Source of the DNA: Takakia lepidozioides
Taxonomy: Eukaryota > Plantae > Bryophyta
DNA length: 64,000 nt
Reading direction: 5' to 3'
Assembly: GCA_030704615.1 (NCBI GenBank)
Contig: CM060733.1
Span: 1,736,001 to 1,800,000 of the forward strand
Notes under the pieces: model-generated
Told to the model about the DNA's origin: nothing
The model's input: the letters and a program-made list of their open reading frames with translations, nothing else
Databases searched by the model: none
Part shown: positions 39,301 to 51,394 of the stretch, piece by piece
How the letters are laid out: every line of letters starts with the position of its first letter
Numbering within the stretch: position 1 is the stretch's first letter
Position numbers and translations under genes: made by a program

Positions 39301-40575
39301 CCAGACACTATGATCGGAGACTTAGCAACAATGCCCTGTAACCGCTTCATCTTTCCACCAGACCATTGTACATCAACTCCGCCCAAGCTACATCCTCTCC
39401 CTTCAAAGCTTTGAGTATCTCCTCCGTGAATGATCTGCTCAATTACTGTTGGTTCTGTTTCATGGCAAACAGAACGTTCAGTATTTGGCCAACTTCTCTT
39501 AGCCCTGGGTACTTGGCCTTGGTGCAGGTGTATCTTTGAGTCTTAAAGAAACTCCCTTCTTGGAACAAATTCCCTATCTGCAATCTTGCCCTGTGCATCA
39601 TCCACATCCACATGACCCGATGGCAAATCGAACAATTGCTGCAAATACTGGGGAGTAATTTCTATATCTACTCTCCGCACCTGGGTAACTCCTGTCCGAG
39701 GCTCAAAGTTCTGAATAAATTGAATCATATACTTCCGATGATGCAAGGACCAGTCATTGCGTAGCAGCCCTTCCAATCGCAACTCCTTCAGCAGCTGCAC
39801 TGCCTGTGGTGTAGCAATTGTTTGCTTCTGCAGAATCGTGGTGCTCTTCATCCTGATATCCTCCATTCCCCTAACTCTCTTCATTCCAGACAAACAAGAA
39901 GGCCTTGTTTGAAACAGCTGTAGGAAAGCTTGCAGGGCATAGAGCATAAAGGTATGGTTGGCACAGAAAGGAACGGGTAAGTGCGTGTAAGCCTGTGGGG
40001 CTTGCAGATAGTGGGTGAGAGAGAATGTTCTTTCAATCCGTCCGTCCTTGCACCACTGCGTGAGAAGTAAAGCTAATGTGTAGTCTGTAATATCCGCCAT
40101 AGCTACAAAGCTATAGCTTTGATTGCCCCTCCCGTCGAGACGCTGGTTATTCGGAGCCACCCTGACTCTTTCGCTCATAACTCTTCTAATTTCTTGTTCT
40201 TGTTTCTTGGAGGGAACCACCTGCATGAAATTCTCGCTCCTGATTGGCTGTTGCCTTCTTGGGTAACTTCTTAATTTTACCCCCTTCAGTGGACATTCCC
40301 ACCTAGAATGTCCACTAGGACAGCACATGTGGCAAAGGTCCCCCTTTGCTGTATACGTAAAGGGTTCCGTTAATGCATTAATGGGCCCACAATTAGTTTT
40401 GGCTGATGTACCGTGTAGGTACTTTGACGGCCCAGTTTGTCATCTTGCATGATGACGCCCACTTTTGCAATATATGCACCGCGGTGTGCTTCGCCCTAGT
40501 GGCCACGTGTTCGATTTTAAACATGCTCTCGTCTTCCCCTGTCCGCGTGGCACATTCTCCGAGTTTGACTTCCAA
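36349..40575 (-). pseudogene. Long accessory ORF downstream of pol, copy B, frameshifted
   Basis: ORFs 39543-40328, 39069-39386, 38065-38910, 37734-38081, 36976-37479 and 36349-36900 align with copy A, e.g. MADITDYTLALLLTQW and PIVMDLAWKEFSPP. Confidence 0.7.
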
Positions 40576-40812
40576 GCTGTCCTTTCACTTGCCGGCCACT
40601 TTTCTGACGTTAACCCGCGTCCACCTGTCACTGATCCTATGGACTGTGCAACCCGCGCAGGCTGTGTTGGGCTGTGACAGGCTGTGACAAACTGTGGTAA
40701 ACTGTGATAGTTTGTGTGATGCTGTGATGGGCTGTGATAACTGTGCGAACACCCGTGTTCTCCCACTCAGGCCATACACATTCGGCTTTACGACACGTAC
40801 TTCATGCTCCGT

Positions 40813-42905
40813 TTATATCACCGGTGCAGCCTGTGACTGTTTATGTGTTTCAATATGCAAATCATGCTGCAATGGTTTATCATGGATACCACTGTATCCC
40901 TTCAACTTATTGGCATTGACTCTTCCCAGCATCTCTTTGTTAATGGTTTGTAACATGGCTGTGTTGTTATCATACATCTTCTGTATGACATAAGGTCCTT
41001 TCCATGGTGACTTAAGCTTAGAAACTTTAATCTTTCCCTTCTTCTGCAACCACAGAACCAAATCACACCGTCTTAAAAGTTTTCAGTTTACCTTCATCAA
41101 ATTGATCCTTCCTCTTCATCTGAATTCTGGTCATGTTATCTGCTGCATTAGCACGTACTTCTTCCACATAATATAATTCATGTTTCTTGACTTTAATTGA
41201 ATCTTCCAATTCCATTCTCCTTCCCCATTCAATTCTCATGGTAGGTAACAAGAATTCCACTGGAAGTAAAGCTTCCATACCATAAACTAATTGGAATGGT
41301 GTATACTTGGTTGTGACTTTATGTGAAGTTTTGTATGACCACAAAGCTGTCAGTAGCTTTGTATCCCAATCTGTTCTGTTGGCATTGACTATCTTAGCCA
41401 AGATAGTGCATAATATTTTGTTTGTGGCCTCTGCCTGCCCATTACCCTGTGGGTAATAGGTTGTACTCTTCCTGTGCACAATCATGAACTCTTTAGTCAA
41501 TAGTTCTATAGTCTCGTTAATGAAGTGACTTCCCTGGTCACTAATAAATTCCAGGGGACAACCAAATCTTGTGAGTATGTTCTCATACATGAACCTTGCT
41601 GTAGACTTAGCTGTGTTGTCCCTCAAAGCCTTAGCTTCTACCCACTTGTAGTATAATCAGTGGCTGTGATTATATACTTGTTCTGTGTATTTCTGGCTGG
41701 TGGGTTTATTGGTCCAACAAAGTCTAGTCCCCACTTCTGAAATGGTCAGTAGGCATCGTAGGATGCAAAGCCATCTTTCCAGATCTCTGCAATGGTCCTA
41801 GCCTCTGACACTCATCACAACTCTTGCAATACTTGTGTACATCCTTGAACAAAGTAGGCCACCTGTAACCTGCAAGTAGCATCTTCCTACTGGTAGTCTC
41901 CTCTCCAAAATGACCTCCAGCCACTCCCTTATGAACTTCCTCCAAAACTTTATTTACTTCATGGTGGTGCAAGCATCGTTTCAGAACTCCATCAGGTCCT
42001 AGCTTATACATTCATTCTGTTGCCTATCATAGTGTAAGGTAAAGCCTTGATAGCTATTCTTTTCCTCTGTTCCTTCCCATAAGTAGGTGGGCACTGACCA
42101 TGAGTAAGGTAGTATCTGATTAGTCACTGCCAATCTAACCAATCATCTGCACTTCCTTGCACCTCCACTGCAAATAGACTCGCATCAGGTAGTTGGTCGT
42201 CTACTCCCGTGGCGGGCTCTCCTGTTGATAGGCGTGACAAGTGATCTGCCACAAGATGCAAACGGCCAGGCTTGTAAACAACTTCGAATTCAAACTCGTG
42301 CAAGATTATTAACCATCTTGCTATCCTGCCACTTATCAAAGGCTTGTTCACCAGATAAATCAGAGCCTGATGGTCCACATAAAACATAAACTTCCTTCCC
42401 AATAGGTAATGCCTGAATTTCTTGACTGCATAAATCATTGCCAATCTTCTCTTTCAATGGTGCTATATAGTTCCTTTCAGCACTGTTCAATAATTTGCTA
42501 GCATAGTACACAGGTGAATCTATGTTTCTTGTGATATTTTGGGCTAACACAGCTCCCAATGCTTCTCCTGAGGCATCACAGTATACATGAAATACTACAT
42601 GCCAATGTGGGTTAATCAGCACAGGTGTAGTTGTTACTGACAATGTAAGTTCCTCAAATGTCTGTTGGCATTCAGCTGTCAATGCAAACACTGCATCATT
42701 CTCAAAAGCTTGCTCAATGGTGTCGCCATCTGTGCATACCGTCGGACAAACCTTCTATAATAGCTGGTTTGTCCAAGGAATCTCCTTAGACTCTTAACAC
42801 TTCCTGGTGGTGGTGAGGCTTTAATAGCCTCTGTCTTTCTAGGGTCCACAAGTAATCCTTTCTTACACACAATGTGTCCCAGAAGTACCCCTGAGTTCGC
42901 ACAGA
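40813..42905 (-). pseudogene. Ty3/gypsy pol fragment (RT thumb, RNase H, integrase with GPY/F motif)
   Basis: ORFs 42679-42905, 42290-42691, 42124-42444, 41724-42011, 41063-41626 and 40813-41061 carry canonical motifs; no chromodomain. Confidence 0.9.
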
Positions 42906-43110
42906 AATAGTCCTCCAAAGAGTCATCCAAGGACCCCGAATAGTCCTCCAAGGACCCCAAACAGTCCTCCACGGACTCCCAATAGTCCTCCAAATAGTCC
43001 TCCAATGACCCTAAACAGTCCTCCAAGGACTCCCAATTGTCCTCCAAATAACCCTCCAAGGACCCCAAAACAGTCCTCCAAGGACTCACTATGTTCCCAA
43101 TAGGTTCCCA
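42906..43110. repeat. Tandem repeat of agtcctccaaggaccccaaac-like units
   Basis: About 9-10 imperfect copies of (a)gtcctcca, abutting the truncated pol. Confidence 0.8.
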
Positions 43111-44419
43111 AAGTTTCATAAGAATATTCCTGAGAATATGCCATAATATTCCCCAATATTTTCCTGGGCCTATATGTATTTCCTTGTATTCCCCTTGTAT
43201 TCTCCTTAGGAATAGCCATTTCCCCCTGGCAATAGCCATTTTCGCCTCATAGAGTAGTTCATTTCCCCCTAGGGTTTAGCCATTTCCCCCTAAGCTTTAA
43301 TCACTTCCCCCTCTATTTCCTTGAGGTTTAGCCTTACCAAGCTAGGGTTTGTGCTCCTTGGAGCTCTATGCTTAATCCCCTCAAGCATCCATGAATTCTA
43401 TGGGATACCAAGGCAAATTCCCTAGATCTTCTTCACTTCAAGCTACTCAAGCTTGTCTCAACTCAACTAGCAATGCATTGGCCACACAACAAGCTCCATC
43501 ACTCATTGGAACTCAAAATCAAGCTTATACCTCCTTTGGCAAGCCACCAAGCCTTGTTTCCTCTCTCAAGCCTTGATCATTCAAGCTCCCTTCACTTGCT
43601 AGCTCAAGAGCCACTCTTCTCAAGCTTTGAAATTGCAAAGCTCAAGCCAAAAGCATGCTCCAAACATGCATCACCTCATACACAAGGGAATCAACTTGCT
43701 CCCTTCACCTTCTAGCTCTTCTCAAGCTTGAAGTTGGAAGCCACACTTGGAAAATGCTCCACACATGCACCATTTGCTTGATCAACCACTTGCTTCACCT
43801 AGAGCAATCCACCACAAAGCTCACACTACTAGGAGCATGAATAGCTGGGCATTGCCTCCCCCTCTTGTCACATTATATAATTAAGGTGAAGCTATGAATA
43901 CCTTGAATGATGATCTCTCTTCAAGGACTTCCCACAAGTTCTTCTCCAAGCCCTTCCAATGCCCTAAGCTTGGCTCCACACCACCATGATTGGAAGAATT
44001 CTTCACATGCTCCCCTTCAAACCTCTTGAGCTTCCTAATGCTCTCCATGTGCTTGCCCTTGTTGTCTTCAAGCCCAAGCCTATGTAGCTCCTTGGCTTCT
44101 CTTCCACAACATCCACATTTGAGCTTGTTTAACCCTAGATTGCTAGTGAAATGAGCACCAACAATCATTTAGTCGCTCTCCACAAGTCATGGCATACACC
44201 ATTGACTCCATAATGCATAGAAAAGATTCTCAAACCCTAGAATCCATGCTTCCACCACACACAAGACTTCCCTCTTGCAATCCTTGAAAATCTTGTGGCA
44301 AACAAGCTCATTCATGAACTCTCGAACACCTTGGTGTAATACTACAAGTATCTTTCTTTGCAAGCCTTGTGATACAAGAGCTAAATTCTCCTAGCTCTCA
44401 ACCTCTTTAACATACAAGT

Positions 44420-47400
44420 TGTCAGGTTATTTCACCACTAGTGTGAAACTAGCTAGAAAATAGCTAACTTTTACATATTGACATTTGTGACTGGCCCAAG
44501 TGTCAATCCAGGGATCAAGGCAGATTTGGGCCATGGAGTGGTTATCTTCACGGCAAGCGCGGGGAGGCTCATCTTTCTCGAGTTGAGCCTCACCGCGCCT
44601 AGCTATGGCGCCGTAGTATGGATTCCCCATAGCATGGGGTGTACTTGGCTTGACTTTATATGAGTGACGATTTTATGTGCAAAGTTTGTGAGCTCGAGAA
44701 AGCTTGTATTCTTCTTATTTATCAATCGAGACAGATGAGCTCGTATCTGTGAGTGCCAGATACGAGTTAGTTGTAGCACTTGTGGCTTTTGCTTGAAAAT
44801 GAGAGAAACCAGGTTGTTATGCAAGGAGTACCGTGGAGCTCTTGGTTGTTAGAAGCGGAGGCGATGCTGGTTACGAGTATGGTGGACCTTGGCATTCGAT
44901 CTTCAGCTTCAGAGATGAATCACCGTGCTGCAGGTAATTCTAGAGCACCTTGATGGAACTTCAGATTGTATACATGCATGAGCAAGCACAATTGGGAAGA
45001 TGATCAGTCTAGAGCAGGTTATAGTGGCTCTGGTGGCAAAGCTGAGAACTGGCCTTGGGAATGCGAGCTTCATTGTGCGAAGGATTAAAAGACCAAGCGA
45101 GAGGGCTGATTTGGCTTTGGGCAAATCAGTGCACTTTGTGGAGTATGTTGAGATTGGGTTTCAATCTCGAGCTTCAACATTGAGAGGGCTCGTGCCATGG
45201 CAAGAGTAGGGCTAGAACAGGAGCTAAGAGGTGCGGCAAGGCCATGGAATGTGCACCTAGGGTTTCAGAGCTTGGAAGAAGAGCTCTTGCATCACAAGAG
45301 GAGTGTCTTGTGGCTAGAAATATAAACCTTAGGGTTTCAGGAGCTTACAAAGGCTGTGGAGTGCTTAGTCTTGTTTCAGAGAGCATCAAGGAGCCAAGAT
45401 AGGGGGCTGATATTACCTTGTGTGAAGGGATGCATGTGTGGAGCATGCATTCAGCCAAGATAGGGGGCTGATATTACCTCTTGTGTGAAGGGGATGCATG
45501 TGTGGAGCATGCATTCAGCCAAGATAGGGGGCTGATACCTCCTGTGTGAAGGGGATGCATGTGTAGAGCATGCATTCAGCCCATTGAAGCTTCTATCTTT
45601 AAGCTTTGGAGAGCTAGAACGGAAGGTAAGGGGCTGATTTGCTCTTATGTGACAGACCAACACTTGTAGAGCATGTTTTGAGTTGGGGTTTCAACTTCAA
45701 GCCTAGACAGAGCATGGGTCTTGAAGTGGCAGGTGTAGGGGGCTAGAATAGGCTCTAAGATACATGTTATGGCCAAGGAGAGCGCATGAATTAGTGCTTA
45801 CAAGGGCTGGAAACCAGCAAGGCATGGTTGCTTGTCACGGTCTTGAGTGGCGTGTTCGGGGAGTTTAAATGAGAAAGAGGGCTTGGTTTGTGGCAAGCAT
45901 CTTCCTCATGACTTAGAGCTACTATTGATGGTGTATGGGAGCCAAAGAGAGCAAGAATACATTGCTGATTTCTTCACAGCCGCCATAGTTCGGTGCAAGG
46001 AAGCCTAGAGTTCAAGAAGATACTGTCAAGTTATTTTACCACTAGTGTGAAACTAGCTAGGAAATAGCTAGCTTTTACATATTGACATTTGGGATTGGCC
46101 CAAGTGTCAATCCAGGGGTCAAGGCAAATTTAGGCCCTGGAGTGGTTATCTTCACGGCAAGCGCGGGAGGCTCATCTTTCTCGAGTTGAGCCTCACCGCG
46201 CCTAGCTATGGCGCCGTAGTGTGGATTCCCCATGGCGTGGGGTGCACTTGGCTTGACTTGTATTTGAGTGATGAGGTTATATATGCATGAGTTTATGCTT
46301 CAGATTTGTGAGCTCGTGCTTGTATTCTTCTTCTTTATTATCACTCGAGAAAGATGAGCTCGTATCTGTGAGTGCCAGATACGAGTTAGTTGTAGCACTT
46401 GTAGTTTTTTGCTTGAGAATGAGAGAAACCATGCAAGGAGCACCGTGGAGCTCTTGGTTGTTAGAAGCGGAGGCGATGTGGGTTACGAGGTGGTAGACCT
46501 TGGCATTCGATCTTCAGCTTCAGAGATGAAAGCACCATGCTGCAGGATTGCAAGACCAAGCGAAAGGGCTGATTTGACTTGGGGCAAATCAGTGCACTTT
46601 GTGGAGTATGTTGAGATTGGGTTTCAATCTCGAGCTTCAGCATTGAGAGGGCTCTTGTCATGGCAAGAGCAGGGCTGGAACAGGAGCTAAGAGGTGCGGC
46701 AAGGCCATGGAATGTGCACCTAGGGTTTCAGAGCTTGGAAGAAGAGCTCTTGCACCACAAGAGGAGTGTTTTGTGGCTGGAAATGTAAGCCTTAGGGTTT
46801 TAGGAGCTTGAAGAGGTTGCATGTTGTGGAGCATGTATTCAGCTCATTGAAGCTTCCATCTTCAAGCTTGGAGGGCAAGCAAGGAAGAGGGAAGGGTTGA
46901 CTTCCCTTATGTGAGAGCAATGCATGTGTGGAGCATGCTTTCAGCCTGTTGAAGGCTTGTACTTTCAGGTTTGGGAGTGCAAGAAAGGAAGGAAGGGGCT
47001 GGTTTCCCTGCAGGGCATGTGTGGAGCATGCTTCCAGCCCGCTGAAGCTGTATTTTCAGGTCGGTGGGTGCAAGAAAGAAGCAAAGGGGCTGATTCTCTG
47101 GTGGTGAGAGTGGGGCATGTGTGGAGCATGCCTTCAGTCCATTGGGCTTTTGTTTTCAAGCTTTAGAGAACTAGAAGAGAAGGTAAGGGGCTGATCTGCT
47201 CTTATGTGACAGTCCAACACTTGTAGCGTGTTCTGAGTTGGGGTTTCAACCTCAAGCCTAGATAGAGCATGGCTCTTGAAGTGGCAAGTGTAGGGGGCTG
47301 GAATAGGCTCTAAGACAAATGCTATGGCCAAGGGAAAAGCTTGAATGAGTGCTCACAAGGGCTGGAAACCAGCAAGGCTTGGTTGTTTGCCATTGAGTTT

Positions 47401-47577
47401 AGTGGCGTGTTTGGGGAGTCTAAGTGAGAAAGAAGGCTTGATTTGTGGCAACCATCTTCCTCATGGCTTAGGGCTACTATTGGTGGTGTGTGGGAGCCGA
47501 AAGAGCAAGAATACCTTGCTGATTTTTTCACAGCCGCAATAGCTCGGTGCAAAGAAGCCTAGAGTCCAAGAGACACA
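44420..47577 (+). repeat. Two tandem ~1.6-kb LTR-like units (44420-46023 and 46024-~47577)
   Basis: Both start tgtca(g/a)gttattt..accactag and end ...cacagccgc.atag.tcggtgcaa.gaagcctagagt.caag; three ~58-bp repeats lie inside unit 1 at ~45390-45580. Confidence 0.8.
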
Positions 47578-47639
47578 ACCCTAGCTTGGCGTGGCTAAAC
47601 CCCTTGGAGAAATGGCAAACTGCCAGAGCGGCCATGGAT

Positions 47640-48090
47640 GGGGCTGTGACGGGCTGGTGGCCTTGGGGCTGTGACGGGCTATGCCGGTGGCCTTTTGGGG
47701 CTGTGACGGGCTGTGGGGCCGTGCCTGAGCCTTGGGCTGTGGGGCTGTGAGGGGCTGTGACAGGCCGTACCTGAGGCCTTTGGGGCTGTGAGGGGCTGTG
47801 TCAGGCCGTGCCTGAGGCCTTTGGGGCTGTGAGGGGCTGTGAGGGGCTGTGACAGCTTGCCCAGTGCCTGTGGGGCTGTGACGGCTATGCCCAGTGGCCT
47901 GTGGGCTGTGATGGGCTGTGCGGGGCTGTGACAGGCTGTGCCCAGTGGCCTGTGGGGCTGTGAGGCTGTGCCCGTGGCCTTTGGGGCTGTGTGGGGCTGT
48001 GACAAGCCTGCCTGAGGCCTTGGGGCTGTGACGGGCTGTGGGGGCTGTGTTAGGCCGTGCCTGAGGCCTTTGGGGCTGTGAGGGCTGTGG
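47640..48090. repeat. GGGGCTGTG(A) minisatellite in the 5' leader of the DNMT element
   Basis: More than 25 gctgtg motifs in ~450 bp. Confidence 0.85.
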
Positions 48091-48779
48091 CGAGCTGCTG
48101 GGGTTAGGCATTGCTTTAGCTTCTCTTCCTCGTAGTTTCTACCCTCTCATTAGGCCAAGACCTTTCCGTAGGTGGAGGCAAGAGTCAGTCCGGGTTTGGG
48201 CTGGGGTGTCATTGCTGGAGCAACACCGGGGAGTTGTTTTTGGTGTGGGGGAGTTGTCGTTCTGATTTCTTGTGTTTGGATCCCCTCCATACCTGCATGC
48301 TTGACTGTGCGCCATGCTAGTTTTGTGTGGGCGCTTGTTTTTATAGGTGATTGGTCCGGATTTGATCACCGGCCAGTCCTAGAGCATGCTGTCGATGGTG
48401 AGGCTGGGGTGATGACCAGCCAGACCATCATTGTTTCTCCCGTGGTGAGGTTGGAGGTGATGACCAGCCAACCATAGGAGTGCTTGCGGTGGATGCAGGT
48501 ACAGGTGTAGGCTATGTTAGGAACTTAGTATTCCAAACCATAAGCCGTCTCTACCCGGTTACCTTGTGGAGAGGGGTTAGGGACATGTTCATGACCGGTT
48601 GAGTGTCAACACGGAGGTGCCACTAGTTGCTGGGGACAGTGCCGGTTCGAGCACTAGCGATACTAGTGGGTACACGAGACGAGGTGTGCGGTTTAGGCCA
48701 CCTTCACCTCCTGTGTCTTCTACGGAAGGTTCTGATTCGGATTGTGAATCAGGAGGACTCATACCGGCGGTGCAAGTTG

Positions 48780-49999
48780 TTTCTTTGCCATTGTTGTGGG
48801 ACACAATGGAGGAGATGTATGGAGCTACCAAGGGGCCACGAAGGTACTCTGGGGGTGGGCACCATCGAGTTGGATGATTTTATCCAAGAGTTTGATAGTT
48901 GGTGTGATTTGCAGCAAATGCGCAATCCACAACTATTTACGCCTTTCATGGCATGGAAGGGGCTGTTTCAGCACCTTGAGGGGCCGCCTATGGATGATTA
49001 CCATGAGTTCAGGTGGGGGCATGAGGTTGAGATCGAGGAGTGGAGGATGTACTGGTCACCGACTATGTCTCCATCACTAGGGGCACTAGAGCCACGAGGG
49101 CAGTGGCTACACCTGCCGCTGCACGGCAGCTTCAGCAAGTAGCAGTGGGACTGGTGGTACAGTAGCTACGACGTCCACCTACCGACCCACACTAGCACCC
49201 GTGCCTGCCTTCAACCCTGTTGTGGAGTTCTTCAAAGAGTTGAGAGGAACTACCAAGGGGTGAGGACAGAGAAGTTGCGGAGCTTGCAAGAGTTCCAACG
49301 GAAGCCGACCGAGAGCTTGAGGGAGGCTTTCACTCGCATGAGGCGCTTGATAAATGTAACCCAAGGGGTTACGGAAGCTCAGGCAGTCCAATTCTGGTAT
49401 GGGATATTGGACAAGGAGCTGAGGAGAAGGGTGCGGGATGCAACTCTCCTACAAGCGGCCCAACCCACCTTAGCAAATGTGTTTTTGCTGGCAGAGCGGA
49501 GAACAGTGGTCACGGTGGGATTTGCTAAGGAGACACCGGGGTAGTGGTGCTCCTAGCCAACCACTACCTCACGTGCTCAAGGCAACAAGGGGCTCAGGTG
49601 AAGCTCAGGGAAGGGCAGAGAGGACCTCAGATGCAGGGGTCTCTCCCTTCATTTGCTGGCCAACAACGGGCGGATGTGGTGTGCTGGACATGTGGAGGAC
49701 CCCATGTCAAGAAGGATTGCCCAGAGGGAGGCAAAGGGCCGGCACATGCACAGCCTGCACAGTTGCAGTGTGGGCATTGTGGCAAGCACGGGCATGGAGA
49801 GGCCCAGTGTTATGGTTTGCATCCTGAGTTGCGCCCAGGCCAGTTCCAAGGGAACAATGGTGGCCGGGGGCGAGGTGGAGCAGCCCAGAGAGGACGAGGT
49901 GGCCAGCCACGAGGTGCAGGCCAAGGGCAAGCTCAACATGGCCAAGGACGCGGAGGTCAGGTGTTGACCAAGGCATGGCCAACCGGCTTCAGCAGCTAG
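48780..49999 (+). pseudogene. Gag with two zinc knuckles and an RG-rich region (frameshifted)
   Basis: ELDDFIQEFDSWCD; LQEFQRKPTESLREAFTRMRRL..FWYGILDKELR; CWTCGGPHVKKDC and CGHCGKHGHGEAQC; RGRGG repeats. Confidence 0.8.
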
Positions 50000-50749
50000 A
50001 GCAGAGGCTCGCTGCCATGGCTACAGCTCAGGTGGTACCGGCTCTAAGGCCGGATGGTCCACCTCCTGCTCCTGAGGGAGGAGATATGGGAGGCATGGGA
50101 TTCATGTGTGGAGCAGCACTACCACTAGTGCAGGTGGAGTCTGCTGCAGCCGTGACTCAAGGAGCAGCACGAGTTCCTGAGCCACGAGGTGCAGAGGTGG
50201 AGTTGGATCCACAGCGTGGGGAGGCAAGCCGTCAGGCTAGGCTTCCTCAGTCATTCACATTGGCGGAGACAATGTCGACGCCATCCATGGCACCTAGTTC
50301 TCGCCCGACTGTTACCGAGGCGAGGTTACTATGCCATTGGGGAGAGCTACACGGCACCACTACCTAGTGTTGCCAAGGCTACGGCAGCTAGTGTGCTGCT
50401 AGGAGCGGCCACATCTGTGTGCCAGGCTCCATTGTTCTCGGCTACCATGATTGCGACGCGGGGGGGTAAGACCAGCTGAGGTGTTCAGGCTGGCAGCTAC
50501 ACTCTGTGAGAGTGGGGAGGTTACTTCATCTTCTGCGGAGATAGTGGGAGGTGTAGTGCCGGAGGGATCCTCGGATTTGAGGGTCAAGACTGCCACGGCG
50601 GCGCCATGGCAAGCTGCAGCTGCCAGGTTGATGGAGCTGCCAGCTAGGCCAGCCATTGAGCGCGCCATGGTGACACCTGGAGTTGTCATGTTAGACAACC
50701 AGGATGACATTTTCTGTTTGAGTGGACCGGCAGGGCAAGAGGTACCGGC

Positions 50750-51030
50750 CACTGCGGGTCTTGTTGGACTCGGGAGCTCAGCCATTGATGCTGGGCAGAG
50801 CTGCTATTGCAGGCTTGGGCCTCACGGAGGCGGATATGGAGCCTTGTCCTTTCCAGATACAGACGTCTCTGGGAGGATCGGAGCAGGCTCGGGCATGACA
50901 CGCACTATCAGACTACCCGATCACCCTACAGATGTGATGCGAGCCAGGCCATTGTGACAGACGCAGTCTCATACATGTCCTGGTTGGTGGGGCAGTGTGT
51001 ACCCCTGGGCTTCACTGGATTTTGGGAGGA
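50750..51030 (+). pseudogene. Retroviral-type aspartic protease (frameshifted)
   Basis: LRVLLDSGAQPLMLG with DSG at 50767-50775 (a frame not listed in the ORF track); a downstream DVLVG-like motif at ~50975. Confidence 0.8.
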
Positions 51031-51394
51031 GTCACTTCCTATAGGCCTGCATGGCAGGGAGGCCGGCGTGTGCAGCTCCTGTGACGTTCATAGGAGGAGT
51101 TGCGGTTGCCCAGCGAGGCAAGATGCCGACACTAGCAGCATTCACAGCGGCAGTGAGTTGGCCTAGAGAGTTGCTTGAGGGCAATGCTCATTCAGAGGAT
51201 GTACCACCTCCGGGAGAGCAGGATGACATGTATGGTATGGCGGAGTTGCCTACCATGGTTGCTCAGACTCCATTGTGGGGCACGAGCAAGGATTTGCAGC
51301 GGGATGCTGATCGACGGGTGCAACAAGCCTGGGTGGAGGCTTTTGTACCGTCAGAGAGGAGGAGAGTGCGGGGATTGCACCAGGACCACCTCAG

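Larger units (their letters stand above)
35500..42905 (-). mobile_element. 5'-truncated Ty3/gypsy element (copy B): RT C-terminus, RNase H, integrase, accessory ORF, PPT and complete 3' LTR
   Basis: pol motifs LLGHIV..FLGQTSYYRRFV, CDASGEALG, HKGVAGGH..CDEC, ISDQGSHF..GQAEATN and KSPWKGPY; PPT at ~36320-36334; LTR 35500-36316. Confidence 0.9.

Noticed and set aside
42679-43239. ORF fusing an acidic LEDY repeat to RT
   Set aside because: Chance read-through of a tandem DNA repeat into the truncated pol.
47581-48111. Pro/His/Ser-rich 176-aa ORF
   Set aside because: Antisense translation of the GCTGTG minisatellite.
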